Positions 1-8,767 of a stretch of DNA of 32,000 nt are shown piece by piece. Position 1 is the first letter of the stretch, and every line of letters starts with the position of its first letter. Source of the stretch: Ignicoccus islandicus DSM 13165 (GTDB lineage: Archaea; Thermoproteota; Thermoprotei_A; Sulfolobales; Ignicoccaceae); contig NZ_CP006867.1 of the NCBI RefSeq assembly GCF_001481685.1, forward strand, positions 420,001 to 452,000. The letters are read 5' to 3'. Below the pieces are notes generated by a model. That model saw nothing but the letters and a program-made list of their open reading frames with translations, searched no databases and had not been told where the DNA came from. The translations under genes and the position numbers were made by a program.

Positions 1-48
1 TCCACCTTGAGATCCTTGGTCATTTTTAAGAGATTCAAGGAAAATATA

Positions 49-363
49 TTAAATTATCTCAACGTCAAATACGATGACTAAAAGGTCCTCCTTCAGCGAT
101 TTGACTATCTTAGCACCTTTCTCTACTTGCTCTTCAGAACCAACCATTATTACCATTATCGGGTCGTCTCCATGACCGTGAAATGGATCAATGTACGAAA
201 GGCCTTTATGCCTCCCATAACCCATTATCCCTTTAAATACGCTCACTCCGGGCATTCCGGCTTCTTTGAATTTCTCAACAATCAACTTGAATAAGGGTTT
301 ATCATCTACGAACATGCCTTCGTGAAGCAATACCACTAGGGTCTTTGCTTTCATCGCAACCAC
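49..363 (-). CDS. DUF190 / PII-like small protein (UPF0166-type)
   Basis: This is a 104-aa ORF. The stretch GMPGVSVFKGIMGYG...DDPIMVIMVGSEEQVEK fits the DUF190 pattern as I remember it (GxxGATVxRGIxGFG ... LPVVIEIVD). Another minus-strand ATG at position 23 runs off the left edge; it is too short to call. Confidence 0.6.
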   Translation of the reverse strand: MVAMKAKTLVVLLHEGMFVDDKPLFKLIVEKFKEAGMPGVSVFKGIMGYGRHKGLSYIDPFHGHGDDPIMVIMVGSEEQVEKGAKIVKSLKEDLLVIVFDVEII

Positions 364-411
364 CTTTGACTTCCTGAACTGTTCTTGTTGACAGCAAAAT
401 GATTTATTAAT

Positions 412-1209
412 TTAAACGTCACCCTCAATTAAGTTAAGTGCCTCAGAGAGCGTTTCCTTGTTGGGTGCTTCGATAAGAGTTACCAAGGAGTAAGTTTTCA
501 GGTCATCAATTCTCATTGAAATTGCTTCTTTAATTATGTCTATATCGAAGCAAAAGTCCTTCGTTAAGCATACGTGTAGTTTAGATGATGGATCTATCAG
601 AGCCATCGCTATCTTTTGGGGATTATTTAGGGGAATGAGTTCCCTTTTCGCTAACATTCTAAGGGCAGCTCGTCCAAGAACGTTATCGAAGTGGATTAAT
701 CCTTCGAAACCCCAAGGTGCGATTTTCAATGCGTTTGAAAAAGCAATAATGAGATACGGTAAGCCGTTTCCTTCTAGTTCTTTAAGTACATCTATAAGGG
801 AGAACTTGCTCTTATGATTAAGGTAATGTAATGAAAGGCTTGCGCCTAGAAGGAACCAACTTAGTTCCTTCCCCCTTTTCATGTTTAGGAGGTCAGTGAG
901 GTGCTCCGGGTCATATATAATCGCTTTCATGAGGGGGTCATATCTTATTGGAACCGTTTCCTTAGTACACTTGAGAGAGGACCAGAACTTCTCTGAGATT
1001 TCGACAAGTCTCGCGAAGCTTTCTTCGGGGTCGTCGCCCTTCCTCCATTCGAGGCCCTCGACTATTGGGATACATATATCACCTCCTTCCCCTTTAACCA
1101 ATTTGACGTCTCTGGCTCTGAAATACCACTGAAGGATCCCGAAAGCTTGTTCAACCCATTCAATCTGGTCCACGTTAGTTTCCCCGAAGTTCAATGGAAG
1201 GTACCTCAA
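412..1209 (-). CDS. hypothetical protein (265 aa), no family recognised
   Basis: It is a long uninterrupted ORF, and the two plus-strand ORFs inside it look like antisense shadows. The start is uncertain: the only upstream candidates are TTG at 1209 or 1194 and GTG at 1173, and the first ATG is at codon 93. Confidence 0.6.
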   Translation of the reverse strand: MRYLPLNFGETNVDQIEWVEQAFGILQWYFRARDVKLVKGEGGDICIPIVEGLEWRKGDDPEESFARLVEISEKFWSSLKCTKETVPIRYDPLMKAIIYDPEHLTDLLNMKRGKELSWFLLGASLSLHYLNHKSKFSLIDVLKELEGNGLPYLIIAFSNALKIAPWGFEGLIHFDNVLGRAALRMLAKRELIPLNNPQKIAMALIDPSSKLHVCLTKDFCFDIDIIKEAISMRIDDLKTYSLVTLIEAPNKETLSEALNLIEGDV

Positions 1210-1235
1210 TATAATTGAAGGCTAGTTGAGATAAA

Positions 1236-1243
1236 TTTTTAAA
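1236..1243 (+). promoter_or_regulatory. TATA box (TTTTTAAA) for the tRNA gene
   Basis: The AT-rich octamer is centred about 30 nt upstream of the mature tRNA 5' end at 1270. That spacing is typical of archaeal box A promoters. Confidence 0.45.
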
Positions 1244-1269
1244 GACTTACCAAATGATGTGCTAACGGT

Positions 1270-1363
1270 GGGCCCGTCGTCTAGCCCGGAAGGACGCCGC
1301 CCTTACGAGCTATTGGGCTAGGAAAGGCGGTAGTCCGGGGTTCAAATCCCCGCGGGCCCACCA
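1270..1363 (+). tRNA. tRNA-Val(UAC) with a 17-nt intron at the canonical 37/38 position and an encoded CCA
   Basis: The cloverleaf can be read directly. The acceptor stem is GGGCCCG/CGGGCCC and the D stem is GTCT/GGAC. The anticodon stem is CCGCC/GGCGG with loop C-T-TAC-G...A. The T arm is CGGGG-TTCAAAT-CCCCG, followed by discriminator A73 and CCA. The intron (1308-1324) folds into a canonical BHB. Its central 4-bp helix pairs C32-T33-T34-A35 with intron TAGG. It has two 3-nt bulges, CG|A and AA|A, plus an outer helix GCT/GGC. Confidence 0.85.
1308..1324 (+). other. tRNA intron (bulge-helix-bulge substrate)
   Basis: See the tRNA feature. These 17 nt (AGCTATTGGGCTAGGAA) interrupt the anticodon loop after position 37. 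Confidence 0.75.
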
Positions 1364-1612
1364 TTCCTCTCCAATTCCCAGTGCTAACAAGTTCGGTCAA
1401 ACTACTTCGCCTTCGAGTATGTAAGCGTAACATATCTTAATAGCGTTCAGCATTACAGTAAGGAATTACTGTTGGATGATCTTGAATACTTCGAGCGATC
1501 ATCCGCAAGTACTTCAGTCCATTAGTAATTATCTAGCACAGTTCTTGAGGAGAATAGTGAGTGGTGTATAACGTCTTAATTATACGCTGCTGTAGCACCA
1601 TTTTAAACTTGC

Positions 1613-2317
1613 TTAGAGCCTTAGTCTCAGAAGTTCGCTCCATTTAGAGGGCATGAAGCGAGCTATTGCCGCTGCTAGAGGTGGTAGTATTCTGGTCTGA
1701 ACGTATACCTTCGTCGGACCTCTTACTTTAACTACGTACCCCTCACCGCCCAATAAGAAGTTCCTTAAGTTTCCGAACTTGACCACTTCCCATTGGGCAT
1801 TATCTGGCAAAGCAACGAAGTGCATATTGTCAATAATCATTTCATCCTCTACGTTAACTTCTATTACGTCTCCGTAACTTGAGACCCAGAAGCCTCCCTC
1901 TCCACATAACTTCAACCAAACTAGATCTCCCAAGACCAAGCCCTTGGGACCTTTCCAAGCTAAGTCTAGGTCTAGATCACCGTAGTGCGCTACATAGGAA
2001 TAGTCTTGAACTATCCAACAATCTCCGCGACTTTCGATGTATTTTATCCCACCCGGTAAGGAAGGACTTATCCAAACAGTTCCCGGGCCCTCGAAAACGT
2101 TGTGAAATATAGTTTCACCGCTTAAGAGCTTCCTTCCTATTGCCTCTAGGACAGCCTTCACTTTACTACGTTCCTGTTGCAAATCTATCATGATTGTATC
2201 TACTTTTAAGTTGCCTTTCATCATCATCATTGCTCCTGTCTCTGCATATACCTTTTCGCCTTCCTCGAGATCTATCCTTATCACTGGATAGGCCGTACCT
2301 TCAATACTCCACCTCAA
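1613..2317 (-). CDS. AIM24 / DUF124 family protein (TIGR00266-like)
   Basis: This is a 234-aa ORF. Its N-terminus, IEGTAYPVIRIDLEEGEKVYAETGAMMMM, and its overall length fit the AIM24/DUF124 family pattern. Confidence 0.65.
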   Translation of the reverse strand: MRWSIEGTAYPVIRIDLEEGEKVYAETGAMMMMKGNLKVDTIMIDLQQERSKVKAVLEAIGRKLLSGETIFHNVFEGPGTVWISPSLPGGIKYIESRGDCWIVQDYSYVAHYGDLDLDLAWKGPKGLVLGDLVWLKLCGEGGFWVSSYGDVIEVNVEDEMIIDNMHFVALPDNAQWEVVKFGNLRNFLLGGEGYVVKVRGPTKVYVQTRILPPLAAAIARFMPSKWSELLRLRL

Positions 2318-2392
2318 TTCGACTTATCCCTAATGCATGATAACTACATCCAACGTATTTACATCGAAGTTTCGTTCGATTCCAACTTAGAG

Positions 2393-2400
2393 TTTTAAAT
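2393..2400 (+). promoter_or_regulatory. candidate TATA box (TTTTAAAT) upstream of atpA
   Basis: An AT-rich box lies about 60 nt upstream of the ATG at 2461. An SD-like AAGGAGGT sits at 2444-2451. A second TTTTAAAG at 2417-2424 is an alternative box. Confidence 0.3.
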
Positions 2401-2460
2401 GGGCACAGAGTATGCGTTTTAAAGAGTGAATCACGTCTCAACTAAGGAGGTTAGTGAAGT

Positions 2461-4236
2461 ATGGCCGTGAAGGGGAAAGTACTAAGAGTAAGAGGACCAG
2501 TGGTAATAGCAGAGGGAATGCAAGGAGCTCAAATGTACGAGGTGGTCGAGGTAGGTAAAGACGGCCTAGTAGGCGAAATTACTAGAATTACTGGTGACAA
2601 GGCCGTTATACAAGTTTACGAAGACACTACTGGTATAACGCCCGGTGAACCAGTAGTAGGCACTGGAAGTCCGTTTAGCGTCGAGTTGGGTCCCGGCCTC
2701 CTGAGCCACATTTTCGACGGCGTCCTAAGACCATTAGAGAGCATCTACGAAGTAGCCAATTCCCCCTTCATTAGAAGGGGTATAAAGGTACCTTCCCTAG
2801 ATCGTTCCAAGAAATGGTCGTGGAATCCTTCTCCGGACGCTAAGGTGGGAGAGAAGGTTCAAGGAGGAGACGTCCTTGGAACAGTGCCCGAGACGGAGCT
2901 AATCGAACACAAGGTAATGGTTCCTCCAGGAATTAGAGGCACCCTCAAGGAAATTGCTCCTGCCGGCGAGTATACTGTTGAGGACACCATAGCTGTCGTT
3001 GAGCAGGACGGTAAGGAAATTGAGTTGAAGATGTACCACAGGTGGCCAATAAGGAAGCCGAGGCCCGTCATTGAAAAGTTCGAACCAGTAACACCCTTGA
3101 TAACTGGCGTTAGAGTGCTTGACACGCTCTTCCCCATGGCAAAGGGAGGTACTGGTGCAATCCCCGGACCATTCGGTTCCGGTAAGACCGTTACCTTGAG
3201 GACCTTGGCTGCTTGGAGCGACGCTAGAGTAGTCATTTACGTAGGCTGTGGCGAAAGAGGAAACGAAATGACCGACGTCCTAGTGAACTTCCCTCACTAC
3301 AAAGACCCATGGAGCGGTAAGCCACTAATGCAAAGAACTATCTTAGTGGCAAACACCTCTAACATGCCTGTGGCAGCGAGAGAGGCCTCCATTTACGTCG
3401 GAATAACCTTGGCTGAGTATTACAGAGACATGGGTTACGACTCCTTACTTATAGCCGACTCGACGTCCAGATGGGCCGAGGCCCTAAGAGACATTGCTGG
3501 AAGAATGGAGGAGATGCCGGCCGAAGAGGGCTTCCCACCGTATCTAGCCTCCAGGCTCGCCGAGTACTACGAGAGAGCGGGAAGGGCCAAGATACCGGGA
3601 AGACCTCCTAGAGTTGGAAGCGTAACAATAGCTTCCGCAGTATCTCCGCCAGGAGGAGACTTCAGCGAGCCGGTCACGAGCCACACCAGAAGGTTCGTTA
3701 GGGTCTTCTGGGCACTAGATGCCAGCCTAGCATACGCTAGGCACTACCCAGCCATAAACTGGTTAACGTCCTACAGCCTTTACGTAGATACCGTAGCTCA
3801 ATGGTGGCACCAAAACGTTAACCCGCATTGGAAAGAGTACAGGGACGAACTTATGAACATCTTGCTAAGGGAGGACGAATTAAAGGAGATAGTTAGGCTG
3901 GTTGGTCCCGAGAGCTTGAGCGAGCCAGATAAGCTAATAATTGAAACGGCCAAGATAATTAAGGAAGGATTCCTCCAACAGAACGCCTTCGATCCCATAG
4001 ATGCGTTCTGCTCTCCGCAGAAGCAATTCCTAATGATGAAGATAATAATCGACTTCTATAGGAAGGCCAAGGATCTGGTGAACAGCGGAGTTCCTGTAGC
4101 TAAAATAAGAGAAGCTACGAAGGACGAAATAGCTGAACTCATTAGGAGCAGGTTTACCGTAAAGAACGATGAGCTCGATAAGCTTCAAGATCTGTACGAG
4201 AGATTAATGTTAAAGCTTTCCCAAATAAGGGCATAA
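2461..4236 (+). CDS. atpA: A-type (A1A0/V-type) ATP synthase catalytic subunit A
   Basis: This is a 591-aa ORF. It carries the Walker A motif GPFGSGKTV plus [12 protein letters not shown] and SRWAEALR. The length matches archaeal AtpA and leaves no room for an intein. Confidence 0.95.
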   Translation: MAVKGKVLRVRGPVVIAEGMQGAQMYEVVEVGKDGLVGEITRITGDKAVIQVYEDTTGITPGEPVVGTGSPFSVELGPGLLSHIFDGVLRPLESIYEVANSPFIRRGIKVPSLDRSKKWSWNPSPDAKVGEKVQGGDVLGTVPETELIEHKVMVPPGIRGTLKEIAPAGEYTVEDTIAVVEQDGKEIELKMYHRWPIRKPRPVIEKFEPVTPLITGVRVLDTLFPMAKGGTGAIPGPFGSGKTVTLRTLAAWSDARVVIYVGCGERGNEMTDVLVNFPHYKDPWSGKPLMQRTILVANTSNMPVAAREASIYVGITLAEYYRDMGYDSLLIADSTSRWAEALRDIAGRMEEMPAEEGFPPYLASRLAEYYERAGRAKIPGRPPRVGSVTIASAVSPPGGDFSEPVTSHTRRFVRVFWALDASLAYARHYPAINWLTSYSLYVDTVAQWWHQNVNPHWKEYRDELMNILLREDELKEIVRLVGPESLSEPDKLIIETAKIIKEGFLQQNAFDPIDAFCSPQKQFLMMKIIIDFYRKAKDLVNSGVPVAKIREATKDEIAELIRSRFTVKNDELDKLQDLYERLMLKLSQIRA

Positions 4237-4238
4237 GA

Positions 4239-5066
4239 TTACTTTAGTTCGATTATTGATATAACGTCGTTTTTACCCTTACATATAACGATCAAATCAT
4301 AAGCTCCTTCAATGAATCCCTTAAGACGACAAGACATTCCGTATACACGCGAATACGAAGCTCCATTGTATTCTATCAAGGCAATTGAGTCACTAGTTAA
4401 AACTATAACGTTATTGCCTATAACTCTAACGCGACCTATGAGACCTTCTATGTAGTAATAATTAGTACCTTTGCCTATTACGACCCCGGTATAGTTTGAG
4501 TAAGCGATAATTTGCGCGTTTTCATCGATGCTCCTGATACCATTAACTTTAGCTAACAAGTTGCGCATGTCCTTACTTGAGATTAGAACTACTGAACCAT
4601 TGGATAAGGTCGCTATCAATCCTTTTGACGCAATCGAAACGTCTTCTAAGAATGAGCCGTTAGTCACAAGTTCATTGATTTTACTAACTATATTGCTGGT
4701 TGAACGCGTGTAGGTTATGGGGAAAGCGCCGTACCTAGTTACAATTACTAAAGATCCGGCCAAGTCAATTATTTCATAGGGTACATCGAATGTGACGAAG
4801 CCTTTGAGGTTAAGTGCATCTAGAAGCTTCTCGCTAGCTATTATTAAAGCGTTCGTTCTTTCAAAGCCCTTTAAGGATACGTCCGAATGCGGTGGATACC
4901 ATATCCTAACCCATAAAAGCCCGTGAGAGGAGTCCGGTGCTATACAGTCCTTACCCCAACAATAGGAAGTATTACCACTCGAACCAATGGCTACTATTCC
5001 ATTACCCTTAGGGTCCCATACCGGATACGAAAGGGATATGGAACTTAGACCTCCACGTGGGTCCAA
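4239..5066 (-). CDS. C-terminal fragment (275 codons) of a split secreted protein; beta-strand-rich repeats
   Basis: The ORF has only a TTG start. It begins 16 nt after the stop of the upstream ORF, in the frame that becomes continuous with it when one copy of the 10-bp duplication is removed. Three 60-nt lines I counted give about 35-40% GC, against 50-60% in two atpA lines. Confidence 0.6.
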   Translation of the reverse strand: MDPRGGLSSISLSYPVWDPKGNGIVAIGSSGNTSYCWGKDCIAPDSSHGLLWVRIWYPPHSDVSLKGFERTNALIIASEKLLDALNLKGFVTFDVPYEIIDLAGSLVIVTRYGAFPITYTRSTSNIVSKINELVTNGSFLEDVSIASKGLIATLSNGSVVLISSKDMRNLLAKVNGIRSIDENAQIIAYSNYTGVVIGKGTNYYYIEGLIGRVRVIGNNVIVLTSDSIALIEYNGASYSRVYGMSCRLKGFIEGAYDLIVICKGKNDVISIIELK

Positions 5067-5073
5067 GTCCCTA

Positions 5074-5094
5074 TAGGTAACTTTAGGTAACTTT
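5074..5094. repeat. perfect tandem duplication of a 10-bp unit (AGGTAACTTT x2; period 10 over 21 nt)
   Basis: Read directly: 5075-5084 and 5085-5094 are both AGGTAACTTT. On the minus strand the TAA stop of ORF 5083..5931 lies across the junction between the two copies. Confidence 0.95.
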
Positions 5095-5931
5095 CAAGTA
5101 AGTTCCATTGCCTACCACGGTAAGTCTTCCAAAACTAAGGCCCCATCTCTTCTCATCTAAAATTCTATAAACTAGATCATCGTTGCCTAAGTAACAAGCC
5201 TCGGTAGTGTTGCTTATGGATATGCCACCTTTATACGGAATATCTGTAATTAGGTTAACGTTAATTCCTTGGGATATCTCGCTGAAGCCGCTTCCACAGA
5301 CTTTAGTTGATCTAAGATCTCTTCCATCTATCAGAACGTTCAATCCATCGCCATCGTTCGACGTCCCACAAACGTAATTTACCTTAAATCCTAAGGAAAT
5401 AGCAAATGTTGAATTCCACTTTATCTTGATACCTTTGGGAAAAACGTTGCATCCAGTCCCCAATGGGTTCTTTACGAGCCACAAGATTCCGTTTTCAACG
5501 ACGCATTCCTTGCTCTCATCGCCCTTAAAGCGCCTCACGACCCACTTATCCAAACCGTTTGAGAAATCGTCGTAAAAAGGGAATACGTCCTCGCCTTCAG
5601 ACGCCCCGAGGAACCCTGTTAGCAGATACAAACGATTAGTTCCCTCCCGCAGTTTAAGCCATATAACACCGCTTGAGAAACGCGGATCTTTAGTACATTC
5701 TCCAAGCGAGTTTTCGTAGCAATAACTTAAGATTCCGTAATTGGATAGCGCGAGGAATTTTTCACGTTCCAATTGATCTGGTAAATCAATTTTTACGGGC
5801 ACTTCGTGTGAGGGATTTAACGAACCATTCCAGAATAAGGTTACTTTATATACTTGGAGAGATGGGTATGCTAGGCGAGTCAGTAATAGCATAGCTAAGG
5901 CGAAACTTACCTTCAAGTTTAGCGACCCCAC
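5083..5931 (-). CDS. N-terminal fragment (282 codons) of a split secreted DUF2341-like + LamG/ConA-like lectin-fold protein
   Basis: The start is GTG and the N-terminus is signal-peptide-like (KVSFALAMLLLTRLAYP). The motif CYENSLGECTKDP...VIWLKL...VFPFYDDF closely matches CYETSIGECTTDP...YVWIKV...VFDFYDDF in the 863-aa protein. This pattern is typical of DUF2341 followed by a LamG-like domain. Confidence 0.7.
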   Translation of the reverse strand: MGSLNLKVSFALAMLLLTRLAYPSLQVYKVTLFWNGSLNPSHEVPVKIDLPDQLEREKFLALSNYGILSYCYENSLGECTKDPRFSSGVIWLKLREGTNRLYLLTGFLGASEGEDVFPFYDDFSNGLDKWVVRRFKGDESKECVVENGILWLVKNPLGTGCNVFPKGIKIKWNSTFAISLGFKVNYVCGTSNDGDGLNVLIDGRDLRSTKVCGSGFSEISQGINVNLITDIPYKGGISISNTTEACYLGNDDLVYRILDEKRWGLSFGRLTVVGNGTYLKVT

Positions 5932-6044
5932 GGAACGTTTGATTATAAATTTCGGAGAACTTGGTTAAACGTATTACTGCTTGGGCTCTTGCGAAATGCT
6001 TCGATTAATAACGCTCGTGTTCCCACTCCAGTGGGTAGATGTGA

Positions 6045-7049
6045 ATGATAATAGTCTTAAAAGAGAAGGATGGAGGAACCGAAGTGAAATCTTTACTTCA
6101 AGAAAAGGGGGTCAAGTTCTGGGAGGTTACCTTATATGGGAGACCGCTAATAGTAACACCTCCTGGAACCTTTCTAGAAGAAGTGAAATCGCTTCCTGGA
6201 GTAGAGTTGGTATTAAACGTAAATAACAAGTATCCATTGGCGTCGAGGGATTTCAAGAATGAAGATACTGTGGTGGAAATCGGCAAAGCTAAACTAGGAG
6301 GTACGTACTTTACTGTAATAGCTGGCCCTTGTTCAGTAGAGAGCAAGGATCAAATACTCTCGGTGGCTCAATTCGTAAAGAAAGAAGGAGTTGGTGCCTT
6401 AAGGGGCGGTGCCTACAAGCCTAGGACCAATCCCTACAGCTTCCAAGGCTTAGGAGAAGAGGGTTTAAGGCTCTTAGAAAAGGCTCGCGAGGTAACGGGT
6501 CTACCTATAGTGACTGAGGTGATGGATACTAGAGACGTTGAGAAAGTCGCAAAAGTGGCTGACGCCCTTCAAGTCGGTGCAAGGAACATGCAGAACTTCC
6601 CGCTGCTTAAAGAGTTAGGCAAGACGAACAAACCAGTAATACTGAAAAGAGGTTTCGGAAATACCGTCGAAGAATGGATTCAGGCCTCTGAGTACGTTTT
6701 ATTAGGCGGTAACGGCAACGTCGTTCTCTGTGAACGAGGTATAAGAACCTTCGAGAACTCAACTAGATTCACGTTAGATATTTCTGCAATACCCGTAGCG
6801 AAGAAGAAGAGTCATCTCCCGGTAATAGGTGATCCATCTCATCCTGCCGGAAAGAGGGACTTAGTGGAACCCTTAGCTTTAGCTATAGTTGCAGCTGGCG
6901 CCAACGGCTTGATAGTTGAGGTTCACCCTAATCCAGACAAGGCATTGAGCGACGCAGCCCAACAACTAACTTTCGAGCAGTTCAAGGAGCTAATGAGAAA
7001 GGTAAGGGCCCTAGTGGAAGTACTCGGGATGAAACTAACAAGTTCCTAA
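6045..7049 (+). CDS. 3-deoxy-7-phosphoheptulonate (DAHP) synthase, type I-beta, with N-terminal ferredoxin-like regulatory domain
   Basis: Motifs present are IAGPCSVES, LRGGAYKPRTNPYSFQGLG, ILKRG and IGDPSH. The N-terminal roughly 70 aa (MIIVLKEKDG...) resembles the Thermotoga-type regulatory domain. A TATA-like ATTAATAA lies about 35 nt upstream. Confidence 0.9.
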   Translation: MIIVLKEKDGGTEVKSLLQEKGVKFWEVTLYGRPLIVTPPGTFLEEVKSLPGVELVLNVNNKYPLASRDFKNEDTVVEIGKAKLGGTYFTVIAGPCSVESKDQILSVAQFVKKEGVGALRGGAYKPRTNPYSFQGLGEEGLRLLEKAREVTGLPIVTEVMDTRDVEKVAKVADALQVGARNMQNFPLLKELGKTNKPVILKRGFGNTVEEWIQASEYVLLGGNGNVVLCERGIRTFENSTRFTLDISAIPVAKKKSHLPVIGDPSHPAGKRDLVEPLALAIVAAGANGLIVEVHPNPDKALSDAAQQLTFEQFKELMRKVRALVEVLGMKLTSS

Positions 7050-7135
7050 CGTTTTCGCTCGGTTCAGAATCGATTTCGATAAGTAATCGAAGCGTTATTT
7101 ACTTTTCTATCATGTAACTTCCTTGAGGGAAAGGC

Positions 7136-7783
7136 ATGCACATAGCGTGGATCGTTGGCGCAATTGCTGGAATAGTCAAGCTGTTAATTGGCTTCTTGGC
7201 TCTCAAAGTATGGAGAGATAGCGGCGTCGATCCAGTCAAGTACCTAGCGCTGGGCTTTCTGATACTTGGTATAGGCGAATTCGGCTGTAAGTTCATTGGT
7301 CACGGCTTACTACACACTCCAATGTCAGCTGCCTTAGGAGTGCCGTTCAAGTTCGTTGGTAATATATTGGTCTTCTACGCGCTCCTACAACTGGCCGAGT
7401 CAGCGCACATAAAGGAAGCAATGATAGTGACAGTGATTTTCGGATTAATTTACATGATAGGTGCGTTCCACGCACTCTCAATAACGTATAAGCTACACGC
7501 CATAAACTTCCAACTACCTCACATACTCTTCCTAACCATAATACCGTGGGCTATAGCAGGACTAATATACAAGGAATATAAAAAGACTGGGGACAGAACC
7601 GCCCTTTACTTCATGGCCGGTCTAATAGTATACGGACTCTCAGCGGCCATAGGAATACCACTCCACGTAATTCTACATGTACTGAACTTCCAAGACGCGT
7701 TAGCAATAGAGACTCTCATAAGACTGGTAGGTTTGCTAATTATATTCAGAGGTCTCTTCGTCGCTGAACAAGCTGCGACTTAA
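7136..7783 (+). CDS. polytopic membrane protein (about 6-7 TM), no family recognised
   Basis: This 215-aa ORF consists almost entirely of hydrophobic segments of about 20 residues. Confidence 0.6.
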   Translation: MHIAWIVGAIAGIVKLLIGFLALKVWRDSGVDPVKYLALGFLILGIGEFGCKFIGHGLLHTPMSAALGVPFKFVGNILVFYALLQLAESAHIKEAMIVTVIFGLIYMIGAFHALSITYKLHAINFQLPHILFLTIIPWAIAGLIYKEYKKTGDRTALYFMAGLIVYGLSAAIGIPLHVILHVLNFQDALAIETLIRLVGLLIIFRGLFVAEQAAT

Positions 7784-7810
7784 TAACGAAAACCTCTTAA
7801 TGAGAATATT

Positions 7811-7820
7811 TTTTATTAAA
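7811..7820 (+). promoter_or_regulatory. TATA box (TTTTATTAAA) of the uS19-uL22-uS3-uL29 operon
   Basis: The AT-rich box lies about 40 nt upstream of the ATG at 7855. The gene has no SD motif, consistent with a short or absent leader on the first gene of an operon. Confidence 0.4.
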
Positions 7821-7848
7821 ACCCTTCCTCCTCCCTACTTCGGGTATA

Positions 7849-8274
7849 TTGAAAATGGAGTTTCCACCCGAGTGGAAGAAGTTCAAATATAGGGGCAAAA
7901 CTTTGGAAGAGTTACTCGAAATGCCCATGGACGAGTTCATCGAACTATTGCCAGCCAGACAGAGAAGGAGCTTGAAGAGAGGATTTAGCGAACCTCAAAG
8001 AAAGCTTCTAGAAAAGATAATGGATGCGAGACAAGCGATAGAGAAGGGCAAGAAGGTTAAGATAAGAACCCATGTGAGGGATATGGTAATATTACCAATG
8101 ATGGTAGGCCTAACTATAGAAGTATACAATGGAAAGGAGTTCGTACCTGTAAAGATCGTACCAGAGATGATCGGTCATTATTTAGGAGAATTTAGTCACA
8201 CTACCAAGATAGTGCAACACGGAGCTCCAGGTCTAAAGGCAACTAGGAGTAGCTTATTCGTATCAGCTAAGTGA
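7849..8274 (+). CDS. rps19p: 30S ribosomal protein uS19 (S19p)
   Basis: The sequence contains [14 protein letters not shown]...[16 protein letters not shown]...VYNGKEF...[12 protein letters not shown]. The real start is probably the ATG at 7855 rather than the TTG at 7849. Confidence 0.93.
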   Translation: MKMEFPPEWKKFKYRGKTLEELLEMPMDEFIELLPARQRRSLKRGFSEPQRKLLEKIMDARQAIEKGKKVKIRTHVRDMVILPMMVGLTIEVYNGKEFVPVKIVPEMIGHYLGEFSHTTKIVQHGAPGLKATRSSLFVSAK

Positions 8275-8280
8275 GGTGAT
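8273..8280 (+). promoter_or_regulatory. Shine-Dalgarno motif (GAGGTGAT) for uL22
   Basis: The motif ends 5 nt before the ATG at 8286. Equivalent GGTGA/GAGGT motifs precede the starts of uS3, uL29, uL4 and uL23. Confidence 0.6.
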
Positions 8281-8285
8281 TACCC

Positions 8286-8765
8286 ATGCCTACTTGGCAT
8301 TACAGTAGCAACTTAGCTGAAGAGCGTCCAGAAAGGACTGCTAAGGCCATGATATGGGACGCGCCCATCTCGCCAAAGGAAGCTGCTGAAGTAGCGAGAG
8401 AACTTAGGGGCAAAATGCTCAACGATGCAATAAAGTTCTTAGAAAGAGTAATACGAATGGAGGAAGCCGTTCCACTGAGATGGTACAACGGCAAGGTAGC
8501 TCACAAGAGAGGTTTGGCTGCGAAGGCGGGCGTTCCAAGCGGAAGGTATCCCGTGAAGGTAGCTAAGTACTACCTAAAGCTCTTGAAGAGCGTTAAGAAC
8601 AACGCCGAGAACAAGGGCTTGGATGAGGAGAGGTTAAAGATAGTTCACATAGCCTCACACAAGGGCAGAACCTTGAAGAGATGGATGCCCAGGGCGTTCG
8701 GTAGGGCTACTCCGGAATTCGAAAGGAGAACTCACTTAGAAGTAATAGTTGAAGAGGTGAAGTAA
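8286..8765 (+). CDS. rpl22p: 50S ribosomal protein uL22 (L22p)
   Basis: The sequence TAKAMIWDAPISPKEAAEVARELRG...HIASHKGRTLKRWMPRAFGRA is typical of archaeal L22. The gene sits in the operon directly after uS19. Confidence 0.92.
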   Translation: MPTWHYSSNLAEERPERTAKAMIWDAPISPKEAAEVARELRGKMLNDAIKFLERVIRMEEAVPLRWYNGKVAHKRGLAAKAGVPSGRYPVKVAKYYLKLLKSVKNNAENKGLDEERLKIVHIASHKGRTLKRWMPRAFGRATPEFERRTHLEVIVEEVK

Positions 8766-8767
8766 GC

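Noticed and set aside
5981-6226. An 81-aa ORF overlapping the start of the DAHP synthase gene.
   Set aside because: It is in a different frame from a gene whose N-terminal regulatory domain is recognisable from the ATG at 6045, and it has no independent support.
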